The notes below the pieces were generated by a model. That model saw only the letters and a list, made by a program, of their open reading frames with translations. It was not told the origin of the DNA and searched no databases. Shown piece by piece: positions 19,583-30,872 of a DNA stretch of 38,767 bases (the stretch's first letter is position 1; each line of letters opens with the position of its first letter). The DNA is taken from positions 1 through 38,767 of the forward strand of contig JAUNIW010000006.1 in the NCBI GenBank assembly GCA_030523245.1. The letters run 5' to 3'. Source of the DNA: Pseudomonadota bacterium (lineage in GTDB: Bacteria > Pseudomonadota > Alphaproteobacteria > RF32 > CAG-239). The position numbers and the translations under genes were made by a program.

Positions 19583-19606
19583 GTTCTTTTTGACAACAAT
19601 ACTTAG

Positions 19607-20515
19607 TTATCTTTTGCGGCAGGAGGCGCTTTTGACCAATTTGTCACACAGGTCGGCATAAGAAAGGCCGATGTATTTTGCCTGTTCGGGAACAAGAGAT
19701 AAGGCTGTCATTCCGGGGTTGGTATTTATTTCCAGCAGTACGGCACCGTCTTGGGGATTATAGCGGAAATCGCAACGGGCAACCGAACGGCAGCCTAAAG
19801 TTTTATAAACCGTTTCGGTGTTTTCTTTGCATACGCGGGCAATTTCTTCCGGAATTTCTGCCGGCAAAATATGCCGCGTCTGTCCGGTGGTGTATTTGGC
19901 CGTATAGTCATAAAAATTGCAGTCGGTTTTAAGTTCGGTTACAACATAAGAATGTCCGTCCAAACACATAACAGTCAGTTCTTGTCCGGCAATATACTGT
20001 TCAATCAGAACAGGCATATCCGGATTGTCATAACTTACTTTTTGAGCTTCGGACGCATCATGAATGATAAATACGCCGACACTGGAGCCGTCACATAAAG
20101 GTTTGATAACATACGGGTAGGGAACGGTGGTGCCGTTTTGGAAATATTCGGCCGCTGTCTTCTTTTCTCCGGCGGCAACTTTTACGCCGGCTGCGGCAGC
20201 AAGAAGTTTGGTCAGATATTTATCCATGCCGAGTGCGGAAGCCTTTAAGCCGGAATGGGTATAAGGGATTTGCAATAAATCGAGTAATCCCTGAATTTCT
20301 CCGTCTTCGCCCCAGTTACCGTAAAGTCCGTTGTAGACGACATCCGGTTTTTCTGTTTTTAAGACTTCCAAAAACTGCCAGATGTCTGTCAAATCATGCT
20401 GAATCACCGTATAATTTTTGCTTTCAAGAGCAGCGGCTATATCATCTTTGGAAGATAAGCTGACTTCGCGTTCGGCCGAAAATCCGCCATAGAGCAGTAA
20501 AACTTTTTTAGACAT
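19607..20515 (-). CDS. ddl: D-alanine--D-alanine ligase
   Basis: GGFSAEREVSLSS, GEDGEIQG, GSSVGV, FYDYTAKY, EINTNPGMT; start chosen from SD AAGGA. Confidence 0.96.
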   Translation of the reverse strand: MSKKVLLLYGGFSAEREVSLSSKDDIAAALESKNYTVIQHDLTDIWQFLEVLKTEKPDVVYNGLYGNWGEDGEIQGLLDLLQIPYTHSGLKASALGMDKYLTKLLAAAAGVKVAAGEKKTAAEYFQNGTTVPYPYVIKPLCDGSSVGVFIIHDASEAQKVSYDNPDMPVLIEQYIAGQELTVMCLDGHSYVVTELKTDCNFYDYTAKYTTGQTRHILPAEIPEEIARVCKENTETVYKTLGCRSVARCDFRYNPQDGAVLLEINTNPGMTALSLVPEQAKYIGLSYADLCDKLVKSASCRKR

Positions 20516-20572
20516 CATTTTTTCCTTTATAATCTTAATTTTTCTGCTATTGTAAGGAAAATTGTTTAATGA

Positions 20573-21349
20573 ATGGCTAAAATGAAAAAAGGACTGATTA
20601 TATTTCTGCTGGGGTTGTGGCTGACAACGCCAAAGGTTTGGGCGTTGGAAGTCAAGCATACTATTAAAACAAAAATAGGCTTTTGGGATGCCTGTGAAGA
20701 AACACTGACCTATGCTTTTTACGGGGACAGGGATTATGACGTTAAAACCTCAATTCTGACCAGCGGCACCTTTGGGGTGTTGTATCCGTTTTCAGCCTCA
20801 TATCATACGGTTGGCACCTATAGTAAATTTGATTTTAAGCCGCAGGATTATTACTATGAAACGCAGTCGCGTTTCCGGCATCGTACCAAGGAAATTGTTT
20901 ATCAGGACGGTGTGCCTCAGTACCGGATAAGTACAAAAAATGAAAAAAAACGCAAGGATAAAATAGAAACAGATTCTAAATATCCGGTATCTGTCGATTT
21001 GTTATCAGTGTTTGCAGGGTTGGCACAGCGAATCCGGATGAAAGGGGATTGTGACTGGGAACAATATTCTTTTAATGGCAAAAAATATGCCAAATCTACA
21101 GTCAAGACGGTTAAAAAAGAAAAGATAAAAACGGATTATTTTTCGGGTAAGGCACTCAAATGCCGGTATAAACAGGAAATTTTGGAAGACACGGATGCCG
21201 GTTTTTTGCTTAATCCCGAAGAGCCGATTTATTTTTGGGTATTGAAAGATGAAAAAACAAAAGTCTGGTTTATTGCAAAAGTTTTAATAGAAAATACGCC
21301 ATTCGGTAAACTGGAGGCAGTTACAACAAAAATAGAGGTAAAACCATGA
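20573..21349 (+). CDS. Exported protein, DUF3108-like
   Basis: N-terminal signal peptide (start may be 20582); beta-rich body; DLLS, FNGKKY and TPFG motifs. Confidence 0.65.
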   Translation: MAKMKKGLIIFLLGLWLTTPKVWALEVKHTIKTKIGFWDACEETLTYAFYGDRDYDVKTSILTSGTFGVLYPFSASYHTVGTYSKFDFKPQDYYYETQSRFRHRTKEIVYQDGVPQYRISTKNEKKRKDKIETDSKYPVSVDLLSVFAGLAQRIRMKGDCDWEQYSFNGKKYAKSTVKTVKKEKIKTDYFSGKALKCRYKQEILEDTDAGFLLNPEEPIYFWVLKDEKTKVWFIAKVLIENTPFGKLEAVTTKIEVKP

Positions 21350-22752
21350 GAAAAGCAGAATTACTTTTGCCGGCCGGTTCGCTGGTTAAACTGAAAACGG
21401 CTTTATTGTACGGTGCTGATGCGGTTTATGCGGGCACGCCGGATATGAGCCTGAGAACCCAATCCAAATTTTCGCTGGAGGATTTGCGGGAAGGTATTGA
21501 TTTTGTACATGCGCAGGGTAAGAAAATTTATCTGACGCTTAATCTGTACATCCATAATGAAGAAGCAGCCAAATTGCCGCAATTTGTTAAAACTTTGCAG
21601 GATTTAAAACCGGACGGAGTTTTGGTTGCCGACCCCGGAGTGTTTTATTATCTGAAGGAAAATGCGCCGGAACTGAAGCGTTTTGTGTCGACACAGGCGA
21701 ATATTTGTTCGGGACAGACGGTCAAATTCTGGCAGTCTATGGGCGCCAGCCTGTGTGTGCTGGGGCGGGAAGTTACTTTTGCCGAAATGTCGGAAATTCG
21801 CGAACAATGTCCGGATGTTTTGCTGGAATGTTTTGTACACGGCGCTATGTGTATGTCTTATTCGGGCCGTTGTCTGATTTCTAATTTTATGGCGGACCGC
21901 AGTGCAAATAAAGGCAAATGTGCGCATTGCTGCCGTTGGCATTATAAAATGCATCTGCGTTTGAAAGACGGGACGATTAAGGAGCTGGAAATCAATGAAG
22001 ATAATGCTCGGGCTTTTGAGTTTTTACTGGAAGAGGAATTTCGTCCCGGAGAATATTATGAAATTGTTGAAGACGAACATGGCGGCTATTTGCTGAATTC
22101 CAAAGATATGTGTCTGATGCCGCGGCTTGACGATATCTTAAAAATCGGTATGGATTCTCTCAAAGTGGAAGGGCGCAATAAAACGGAGTACTATGCCGGA
22201 ACTGTGGCGAGAGCCTATCGGCAGGCGATAGATGATTATTATGCGAATCCGGAAAAATGGGACTATAAAAAATATATGGCCGATTTATATGCTTTGCAAA
22301 ACAGAGGGTATTGTCTGGGATTTCATGACGGTAAGCTGACAAATGTCAGCCAGAACTATGAATATACCCGTACACTCGGCGAATGGTTGTTTGCCGGTTC
22401 AATTGTCGAGTGGCAGGGCGATGATGCCGTTTTTGAGGTGAGAAATTATATCAACGGCGGGGAATTTATAGAATTTTTGCTGCCGCATACACTGGATAAT
22501 CTCCGCCTGACACTGACATCTTTCGAGGATGCCGACAGCGGGGAAATTACCCCGCGTGTTTCGGCCGGACAAGGCAAAAAAATCCGTATTCGTCCGGCAC
22601 AGTGGGGCTTGCCGGTAGAAAAAGTCAAAGCTATGTTGCCGCAATATGTGATTGCCCGGAAATTACAAGGCTTAAACGGCGAAAATGCTGAAATGTATAA
22701 TCGTAAACAAGCTGAATTTTCACAGTTGATTACTCAGAAAGAAGTTAAATAG
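21346..22752 (+). CDS. Peptidase U32-family Fe-S protein, likely TrhP/YegQ-type tRNA hydroxylase
   Basis: ELLLPAG, GADAVYAG, HGAMCMSYSGRC...CAHCCRW, SLKVEGR; next to miaA. Confidence 0.88.
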   Translation: MRKAELLLPAGSLVKLKTALLYGADAVYAGTPDMSLRTQSKFSLEDLREGIDFVHAQGKKIYLTLNLYIHNEEAAKLPQFVKTLQDLKPDGVLVADPGVFYYLKENAPELKRFVSTQANICSGQTVKFWQSMGASLCVLGREVTFAEMSEIREQCPDVLLECFVHGAMCMSYSGRCLISNFMADRSANKGKCAHCCRWHYKMHLRLKDGTIKELEINEDNARAFEFLLEEEFRPGEYYEIVEDEHGGYLLNSKDMCLMPRLDDILKIGMDSLKVEGRNKTEYYAGTVARAYRQAIDDYYANPEKWDYKKYMADLYALQNRGYCLGFHDGKLTNVSQNYEYTRTLGEWLFAGSIVEWQGDDAVFEVRNYINGGEFIEFLLPHTLDNLRLTLTSFEDADSGEITPRVSAGQGKKIRIRPAQWGLPVEKVKAMLPQYVIARKLQGLNGENAEMYNRKQAEFSQLITQKEVK

Positions 22753-22754
22753 AA

Positions 22755-24811
<2,057 letters not shown>

Positions 24812-24843
24812 GCCGTCAGAATTTGTGTTAGAAGGATAAAGAT

Positions 24844-25722
24844 ATGAAGCATCGGGGAACCTTGCTTATCAGATTGAGTGAATTAAAGGTTTTACTGCGG
24901 CGGGTTTTTATCTTTATCCTTTTTTTATGTGCTTTTCTTTTTATTTTGCTTAGTCATGTCGACAGTGTGGTGATAGACGCGGCCAATCGGGTTGTTATGA
25001 ATGTTACCGGACCGGTTATGCAGGTTGTCGAGTTGCCGTCGAGACTTATTCATCGGGTTTATACTTATTTTTATGACATTAGCCATATTTATGCCGATAA
25101 CAGGGCGTTGCGGCTGGAAAACAAGCAGATGCTGATGTTGCAAAATAAGGTGCGGACGCTGGAAGTGGAAAATCAATTACTGGAGCGTTTGCTGAATTAT
25201 GTGCCGCCGGAAGATGCAACTTTTATGAGCGCGAAAATTATTGCGGAATCCGGAGACAGTTTTACACATACGCTGTTGATTTATATCGGCCATGAAGCTG
25301 TGCGGAAAGGGCAGGTTGTTCTGGGAAATGAAAGTGTTATCGGCCGTGTGGACAAGGTCAGCGGCAGATATGCCAAAGTTATTCTGGTGACGGATATAAA
25401 TTCAAAAATTCCGGTTGTGGTAGAACGGACGCGGGTTCGCGGTATTTTGAGCGGAAATAATACGGCTATGCCGCAGCTTTTGTTTACGCGTTCTACTTCC
25501 GATATTCAGGAAGGTGACATTATTGTAACGTCCGGTGTGGGCGGAATGTTTCCGTCCGGATTGCCGGTCGGTTTTGTGAACTCTATTAAAAACGGGGTTA
25601 TTGAAGTTGAAACAATGGCGGATATCAGCCGTGTCGAATATGTACGTATTGTGGATTACGGTTTGTCGGAACAAAGTGATGAACTGAACGATCTTTTGGA
25701 AAATGACATCAATGCACGATAA
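24844..25722 (+). CDS. mreC: Rod shape-determining protein MreC
   Basis: TM helix, coiled coil, TDINSKIPV, TSGVGGMFPSGLPVG. Confidence 0.95.
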   Translation: MKHRGTLLIRLSELKVLLRRVFIFILFLCAFLFILLSHVDSVVIDAANRVVMNVTGPVMQVVELPSRLIHRVYTYFYDISHIYADNRALRLENKQMLMLQNKVRTLEVENQLLERLLNYVPPEDATFMSAKIIAESGDSFTHTLLIYIGHEAVRKGQVVLGNESVIGRVDKVSGRYAKVILVTDINSKIPVVVERTRVRGILSGNNTAMPQLLFTRSTSDIQEGDIIVTSGVGGMFPSGLPVGFVNSIKNGVIEVETMADISRVEYVRIVDYGLSEQSDELNDLLENDINAR

Positions 25723-26239
25723 TTTTAAAGATAAATTGTATGTGTTTTTTCGTCATCGGATACCTTTACTGGCAACACTTATTCTGATGTTTTTGTTTTA
25801 TGTGCCGATATATTCGCTGGAACTGAATTATTTCAGGCCGGCCGTCGGGTTTATCTGCGTTTATTATTGGACTTTGAAACGCTCTTATATGTTTAGTTAT
25901 ATTTCTGCTTTTATCATTGGTTTTTTTATGGATATTTACAGTTCGACGCCGTTGGGAATTAACTGCCTGATGATGTTGTTTTTGGTTTTTGTTACGGAAA
26001 TGCTGGCCCGCTATTTTAAGGCAGCGTCTTTTACGGGGAACTGGTTGGTTTTTTCTTTGGCCGGCTTGATTTTAACGCTGATAAAATGGTTACTGATTTC
26101 AGTTTATTTCAGCCGTTTTGTTTCCATATCCGAAGTTATAGTTAATTTGATATCAACCATAATGTTTTACCCTCTGGTTGTTTATTTTAATATATGGATT
26201 CAAAATAATCTTTTGCCGCAGGAGCGTATCAATGAATAG
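25703..26239 (+). CDS. mreD: Rod shape-determining protein MreD
   Basis: Multi-TM; VYYW, G..MD....PLG; lies between mreC and mrdA. Confidence 0.88.
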   Translation: MTSMHDNFKDKLYVFFRHRIPLLATLILMFLFYVPIYSLELNYFRPAVGFICVYYWTLKRSYMFSYISAFIIGFFMDIYSSTPLGINCLMMLFLVFVTEMLARYFKAASFTGNWLVFSLAGLILTLIKWLLISVYFSRFVSISEVIVNLISTIMFYPLVVYFNIWIQNNLLPQERINE

Positions 26240-28040
26240 AAACGGCGAAAAAAGCAGAATCTTGATGCGGCGTGTGCTTGCGGTTATCTTTTTTAATCTG
26301 CTGGCCTTTTCCGTGATTGTGGCCCGTTTATATTTTCTTCAGGTTAAAGAAGCCGACAAATATAAAATGTTGTCCGATGAAAACAGAATCTCTACGCGTT
26401 TTCTGATACCTCCCCGCGGCATGATTTATGACCGGAACGGTGTGGCTATTGCCAGAAATGAACAGGATTTTCAGGCTCTGCTGACGGCTGAGCAGTCGGG
26501 TGATATCGATGAAACACTGCGGACTTTTTCTCAAATTGTTCCCTTGTCGGCAGAAGAAGAACAAAAGATTTATAAAGAACTGAAAAACCGCCGCCGGTTT
26601 ATTCCGGTGAAATTAAAAGATAATCTCAGTTGGGACGAAGTTTCTAAGATATTGCTTCATGCACCGGATTTACCGGGGGTGGAAATAAACGAGGGTTTGA
26701 GCCGTTATTATCCGTATGCGGATATATATGCCCATGTTCTGGGGTATGTCGGACCGGTGTCGGATAAAGATAAAAAGGATAATCCTTTGTATATGGTCCC
26801 CGGTTTTAAAATCGGTAAATCCGGTTTGGAACGTTTTTTTGATTATAAGTTACAGGGTAAAGGCGGAACAATTAAGTTGGAAGTTAATGCCTATGGCCGT
26901 GTTATGAATGAAATTGAACGCAACAGCGGTGAAGAAGGTGAGAGCCTCAATCTGACCATTGATGCCGAATTGCAAAAAGCGGCCTATGAGGCCTTTGGCG
27001 AAGAAAGCGGTGCGGCGGTGGTTCTGAATGTGCGAACGGGAGAAATTCTGGCTTTGGTTTCTACGCCCTCCTTTGACCCGAATTTGTTTACAAACGGTAT
27101 AAGCTATAAGCACTGGAATGCTTTGTTGAATAATGAACGGACACCGTTGGTTAATAAGGCTGTGTCCGGACAATATTCTCCGGGATCGACCTTTAAGGTG
27201 GTGGTGGCACTGGCCGCATTGGAAGCCGGTGTTATTGATTTGAATACGCGGTTTAGTTGTTCCGGCGGACTGGATGTCGGCAATATTCGTTTTCACTGCT
27301 GGCGGCACTCGGGACACGGCAGTCTGAATGTGGTTGAAGCTTTGAAACATTCCTGCGATATTTTCTTTTATGAAACGGCGATGAAACTGGGAATTGATAA
27401 AATTCAGGCAATGGCAGTCAAGCTCGGAATGGGAAATGTGATAGAAGTTGGTCTGGATAATGAAAAAGGTGGTATTATTCCGACAAAAGCATGGAAAAAA
27501 GCCCGTTACGGTACTTCATGGACTTATGGTGATGCGGCAAATGCCGGTATCGGACAAGGATATGTTTTGGTGACGCCGCTGCAGCTGGCTACGATGCTGG
27601 CGAGAGTTGTTAACGGCGGTTACGCCATACAGCCGACTTTCGTCAAACCGACAGAGAAAGAATTATCTAAAGTTAAAAGACTGGATATTTCAACAAAAAA
27701 TATAGAGATTGTTAAACGGGGAATGTTTGAAGTTGTTAATGGTGCCGGCGGAACGGCCGGTCGCGCCCGTTTTGATATAGACGGTGCTTTGATGGGCGGA
27801 AAAACCGGTACGACACAAGTCCGGCGGATTTCCATGAAGGAAAGAAGCAGTGGTATTCTGAGGGATGAACAGCTGCCGTGGCGGTTGCGCAATCATGCTT
27901 TGTTTATCGGATTTACGCCGGTAGATAATCCGCGTTTTGCCGTGGCGGTGGTGGTGGAACATGGTTCGTCCGGCTCCGGTGTGGCGGCGCCGATTGCCAG
28001 TAAAATTCTGCAAAAAGCGTTACAGCTGGATATTAAATAG
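26232..28040 (+). CDS. mrdA: Penicillin-binding protein 2
   Basis: PPRGMIYDRNG, PGSTFK (SxxK), SCD, GKTGT. Confidence 0.97.
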   Translation: MNRNGEKSRILMRRVLAVIFFNLLAFSVIVARLYFLQVKEADKYKMLSDENRISTRFLIPPRGMIYDRNGVAIARNEQDFQALLTAEQSGDIDETLRTFSQIVPLSAEEEQKIYKELKNRRRFIPVKLKDNLSWDEVSKILLHAPDLPGVEINEGLSRYYPYADIYAHVLGYVGPVSDKDKKDNPLYMVPGFKIGKSGLERFFDYKLQGKGGTIKLEVNAYGRVMNEIERNSGEEGESLNLTIDAELQKAAYEAFGEESGAAVVLNVRTGEILALVSTPSFDPNLFTNGISYKHWNALLNNERTPLVNKAVSGQYSPGSTFKVVVALAALEAGVIDLNTRFSCSGGLDVGNIRFHCWRHSGHGSLNVVEALKHSCDIFFYETAMKLGIDKIQAMAVKLGMGNVIEVGLDNEKGGIIPTKAWKKARYGTSWTYGDAANAGIGQGYVLVTPLQLATMLARVVNGGYAIQPTFVKPTEKELSKVKRLDISTKNIEIVKRGMFEVVNGAGGTAGRARFDIDGALMGGKTGTTQVRRISMKERSSGILRDEQLPWRLRNHALFIGFTPVDNPRFAVAVVVEHGSSGSGVAAPIASKILQKALQLDIK

Positions 28041-28048
28041 GTGGCAAT

Positions 28049-29188
28049 ATGTATGATTTAGATTATAACAGCAGAAATATGGGATTGAAAGACAAACTGT
28101 GCAAACTCAGTTTTTGGTATATTCTGTTGATTGTGATACTGGCAGGTGTGGGAACGCTGACTCTTTACTCGGCGGCTAACGGCAATTGGAATCCATGGGC
28201 AATGCGTCATATTACCCGTTTTGGTGTGGCTATGCTGCTGATGATCGGATTGGCCATGGTTGATATTCGCTACTATTATAACGGTGCCTATATTTTCTAT
28301 TTTGCGACTTTATTTTTGTTGGTTGTGGTTGAAATTACGGGGCATATAGGAATGGGCGCTCAGCGCTGGATAAATCTGGGATTGTTTAAAATTCAGCCGT
28401 CTGAACTGATGAAGGTTGGTATGGTTTTATTTTTGGCACGTTATTTCAGCACAACAACATTACAAAGCATTCGTTCTGTCCGAGGTATTATTATTCCGGT
28501 AATTATGACCGTTATTCCGGTTGCTTTGATTTGTCTGCAGCCGGATTTGGGAACGGCACTTATGCTGTTATTTACGGCAACGATTATTTTGTTTGTGGTC
28601 GGGGTTCAATGGTGGAAGTTTGCCTTGGTTGGTGTTATCGGTGCGGCTTTGCTGCCGGTGGCATGGAACTTTTTGCATGAATATCAGCAAAACCGCGTGT
28701 TGACATTTTTGGATCCGGAGCGGGATCCGTTGGGGGCCGGATACCACATTATTCAGTCAAAAATTGCTTTTGGTTCGGGAGGTATCTTCGGCAAAGGATT
28801 TCTGAACGGAACGCAGACACATCTGAATTTTTTGCCGGAAAAACATACAGATTTTATTTTTACCATGTTTTCTGAAGAATTTGGTATGGTTGGCGGGTTA
28901 TCCCTGATTTTTCTGAATATGCTGGTTATTGCAATGGGATATATTTTTGCTTCCCGAATTTCCAACTATTTTGCCAAACTAGTGGTTATCGGCTTAAATA
29001 CCAACTATTTTCTTTATGTTTTTATTAACATAGCCATGGTTATGGGGGTTTTGCCCGTTGTGGGTATTCCGCTGCCGCTTATTTCTTATGGCGGGACGGT
29101 TATGTTCTCCATTATGTCAAGTTTCGGTATTATCCTTTGTATGAAAGTCAATCAGGATAATGATATCAATTTTAGTGAAGAAGACTGA
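28049..29188 (+). CDS. rodA: Rod shape-determining protein RodA
   Basis: GAQRWI, QPSELMK, QPDLGT, LPEKHTDFIF, PLISYGGT. Confidence 0.97.
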   Translation: MYDLDYNSRNMGLKDKLCKLSFWYILLIVILAGVGTLTLYSAANGNWNPWAMRHITRFGVAMLLMIGLAMVDIRYYYNGAYIFYFATLFLLVVVEITGHIGMGAQRWINLGLFKIQPSELMKVGMVLFLARYFSTTTLQSIRSVRGIIIPVIMTVIPVALICLQPDLGTALMLLFTATIILFVVGVQWWKFALVGVIGAALLPVAWNFLHEYQQNRVLTFLDPERDPLGAGYHIIQSKIAFGSGGIFGKGFLNGTQTHLNFLPEKHTDFIFTMFSEEFGMVGGLSLIFLNMLVIAMGYIFASRISNYFAKLVVIGLNTNYFLYVFINIAMVMGVLPVVGIPLPLISYGGTVMFSIMSSFGIILCMKVNQDNDINFSEED

Positions 29189-29235
29189 TTGAATTTTAGC
29201 GCAAGGGGATTATCTCTTTTGCAAAGGAGAGATAA

Positions 29236-29631
29236 ATGAAAAAGCTTTTGATTATTACTTTGCTGTGGATTGCATCTGCCTGCGCTACCACCGAAAAATA
29301 TAATACCGAACTGAACGGCTGGATTGGCAAAAAAGAAGTTGCCTTGCTGGAAACATGGGGTAAACCAAGCAGCATTTTTAAGCTGGGACAGCAGGAGCAG
29401 ATTGTGACTTATGTCCATCAGGATAATGAAATTATTCCGGCAGAAAGTATGATGTATACGCCGGATTTTAATAATGGTTATACTTTATACGCTCCGTTCA
29501 GTTATGCAGAAGATTTTGCAGACTGGCCGCCGGCTTTTGTTGTTAAAAATATCTGCCAGACATCATTCCATATCAAAAATGGTATTATTCAGTCATGGCA
29601 ATGGCGGGGTAATGCCTGTCAGGCTGATTAA
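29236..29631 (+). CDS. Hypothetical lipoprotein
   Basis: SD AAGGAG; signal peptide ending ASAC; WIG...WGKP...C..GNAC pattern. Confidence 0.8.
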   Translation: MKKLLIITLLWIASACATTEKYNTELNGWIGKKEVALLETWGKPSSIFKLGQQEQIVTYVHQDNEIIPAESMMYTPDFNNGYTLYAPFSYAEDFADWPPAFVVKNICQTSFHIKNGIIQSWQWRGNACQAD

Positions 29632-29632
29632 A

Positions 29633-30838
29633 TCAGGCGACCTGTCTGGATTTTTGTTTGAGTAAAACCGAAGGCATTGTCCGTGACATAATACATTTGC
29701 GTTCCCGTTCGTCAGTCAGTCCTATCATTGTTTCTTTGGCCAGATGCATATCGCGGGAAATAACCAGTGCCTGAATATCTGTCGGCAGTTGTTTAATCAT
29801 CTCGGAATTCGGATTGATACGTTCTCCGTCCGGACTGCGGTAAGGCACGTCATGAATGCAGCAGGCAATCATAAACATCTGTCTGAGTTCGGCCGACATC
29901 GGATGGTGCGAATCGGCGGTATAGTTGCTGAAATCAAGTCCGATGTCACTTTTTTCGGCCTGTTCGACAATATTGTTTACGGTCTGGGCCAGATTTCTGT
30001 TGTGGCCGGCATTGTTTTTTTCAATCAACTGATGTATTTGTATTTTCAGCGGAATGCTCTGCCGCAGATAATTTCTGCGTTCAGATGGCGGAATGTCATG
30101 AAGAACCGTCTGGGACAGCATATCTAAAACATCTTCCCTGAAGTGTGCCAATTTGGCCTGAAGCGGCTTGGTCTTCAAATAGGCCAATAAATGTTCACGG
30201 CGGTCTGATGTTTCTATTTTTTGCATTAAATCCGTTATTTGCGGCAAGAACTCATCTTTATTGATTTTACCCCTGTTGTATTTGCTGAATAAATGAATCA
30301 ACAATTTTTCAGGACAAGTATGATTCCAGTCTTTTTTAATGGTCAGGATATCCTCACGGCGGGATTGACGCCAGGCTTCTCTTTCCAGATGATTCATCGT
30401 ACCGGTCAAAGCCTTTTCCTTCAGGGCATCACGCAACAACCGGTGAGCCGAAAGCTCATAGGCGGCTTGTCTGCTGTAACCGGCAATCATGGCTTCCATA
30501 AACAAGGCACCGGCCATAACCTCTTCAGGAGATGGCGGAGGCGGAAGCAGGCGTGCTTTTTCTTCTTCCGGTTTTGGTGGTTTACGGCCGCTGGCTATCT
30601 CCCGCAGAACCTGTTCTTTGCCGGTAGCTGCCAGATACATAATTTCTTGCGGAACTTTTCCGCCAAAAGCCGCACGAATCGCATACGGCACTTTTATCCA
30701 TATATGAAAAGTATCTTTATGCTCATCAAAAATACGGCTGAGTTTTTCGGGTTTAACATCGTCGGAGCAAGCCAAAATGTAATCCGTGGGGTGATTTGTC
30801 CGCAAGAATTCTAAGAAATCATCATCAAATCCATTCAT
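29633..30838 (-). CDS. Hypothetical protein (401 aa)
   Basis: Long ORF with SD AAGGAGG; Pro-rich stretch; no family recognised. Confidence 0.8.
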   Translation of the reverse strand: MNGFDDDFLEFLRTNHPTDYILACSDDVKPEKLSRIFDEHKDTFHIWIKVPYAIRAAFGGKVPQEIMYLAATGKEQVLREIASGRKPPKPEEEKARLLPPPPSPEEVMAGALFMEAMIAGYSRQAAYELSAHRLLRDALKEKALTGTMNHLEREAWRQSRREDILTIKKDWNHTCPEKLLIHLFSKYNRGKINKDEFLPQITDLMQKIETSDRREHLLAYLKTKPLQAKLAHFREDVLDMLSQTVLHDIPPSERRNYLRQSIPLKIQIHQLIEKNNAGHNRNLAQTVNNIVEQAEKSDIGLDFSNYTADSHHPMSAELRQMFMIACCIHDVPYRSPDGERINPNSEMIKQLPTDIQALVISRDMHLAKETMIGLTDERERKCIMSRTMPSVLLKQKSRQVA

Positions 30839-30872
30839 GGCTTACCTCCTTTAATTTTGCAGCGAAAGAAGT

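Noticed and set aside
13347-19606. DGR, shufflon or IS-mediated mechanism for the pilin cassettes
   Set aside because: No reverse transcriptase, recombinase, transposase, template-repeat pair or clear terminal repeats are visible in this window; a trans-acting factor elsewhere cannot be excluded.
19607-20515. ddl as a D-Ala-D-Lac (vancomycin-resistance) ligase
   Set aside because: FYDYTAKY keeps the Tyr typical of D-Ala-D-Ala ligases, and no van genes are nearby.
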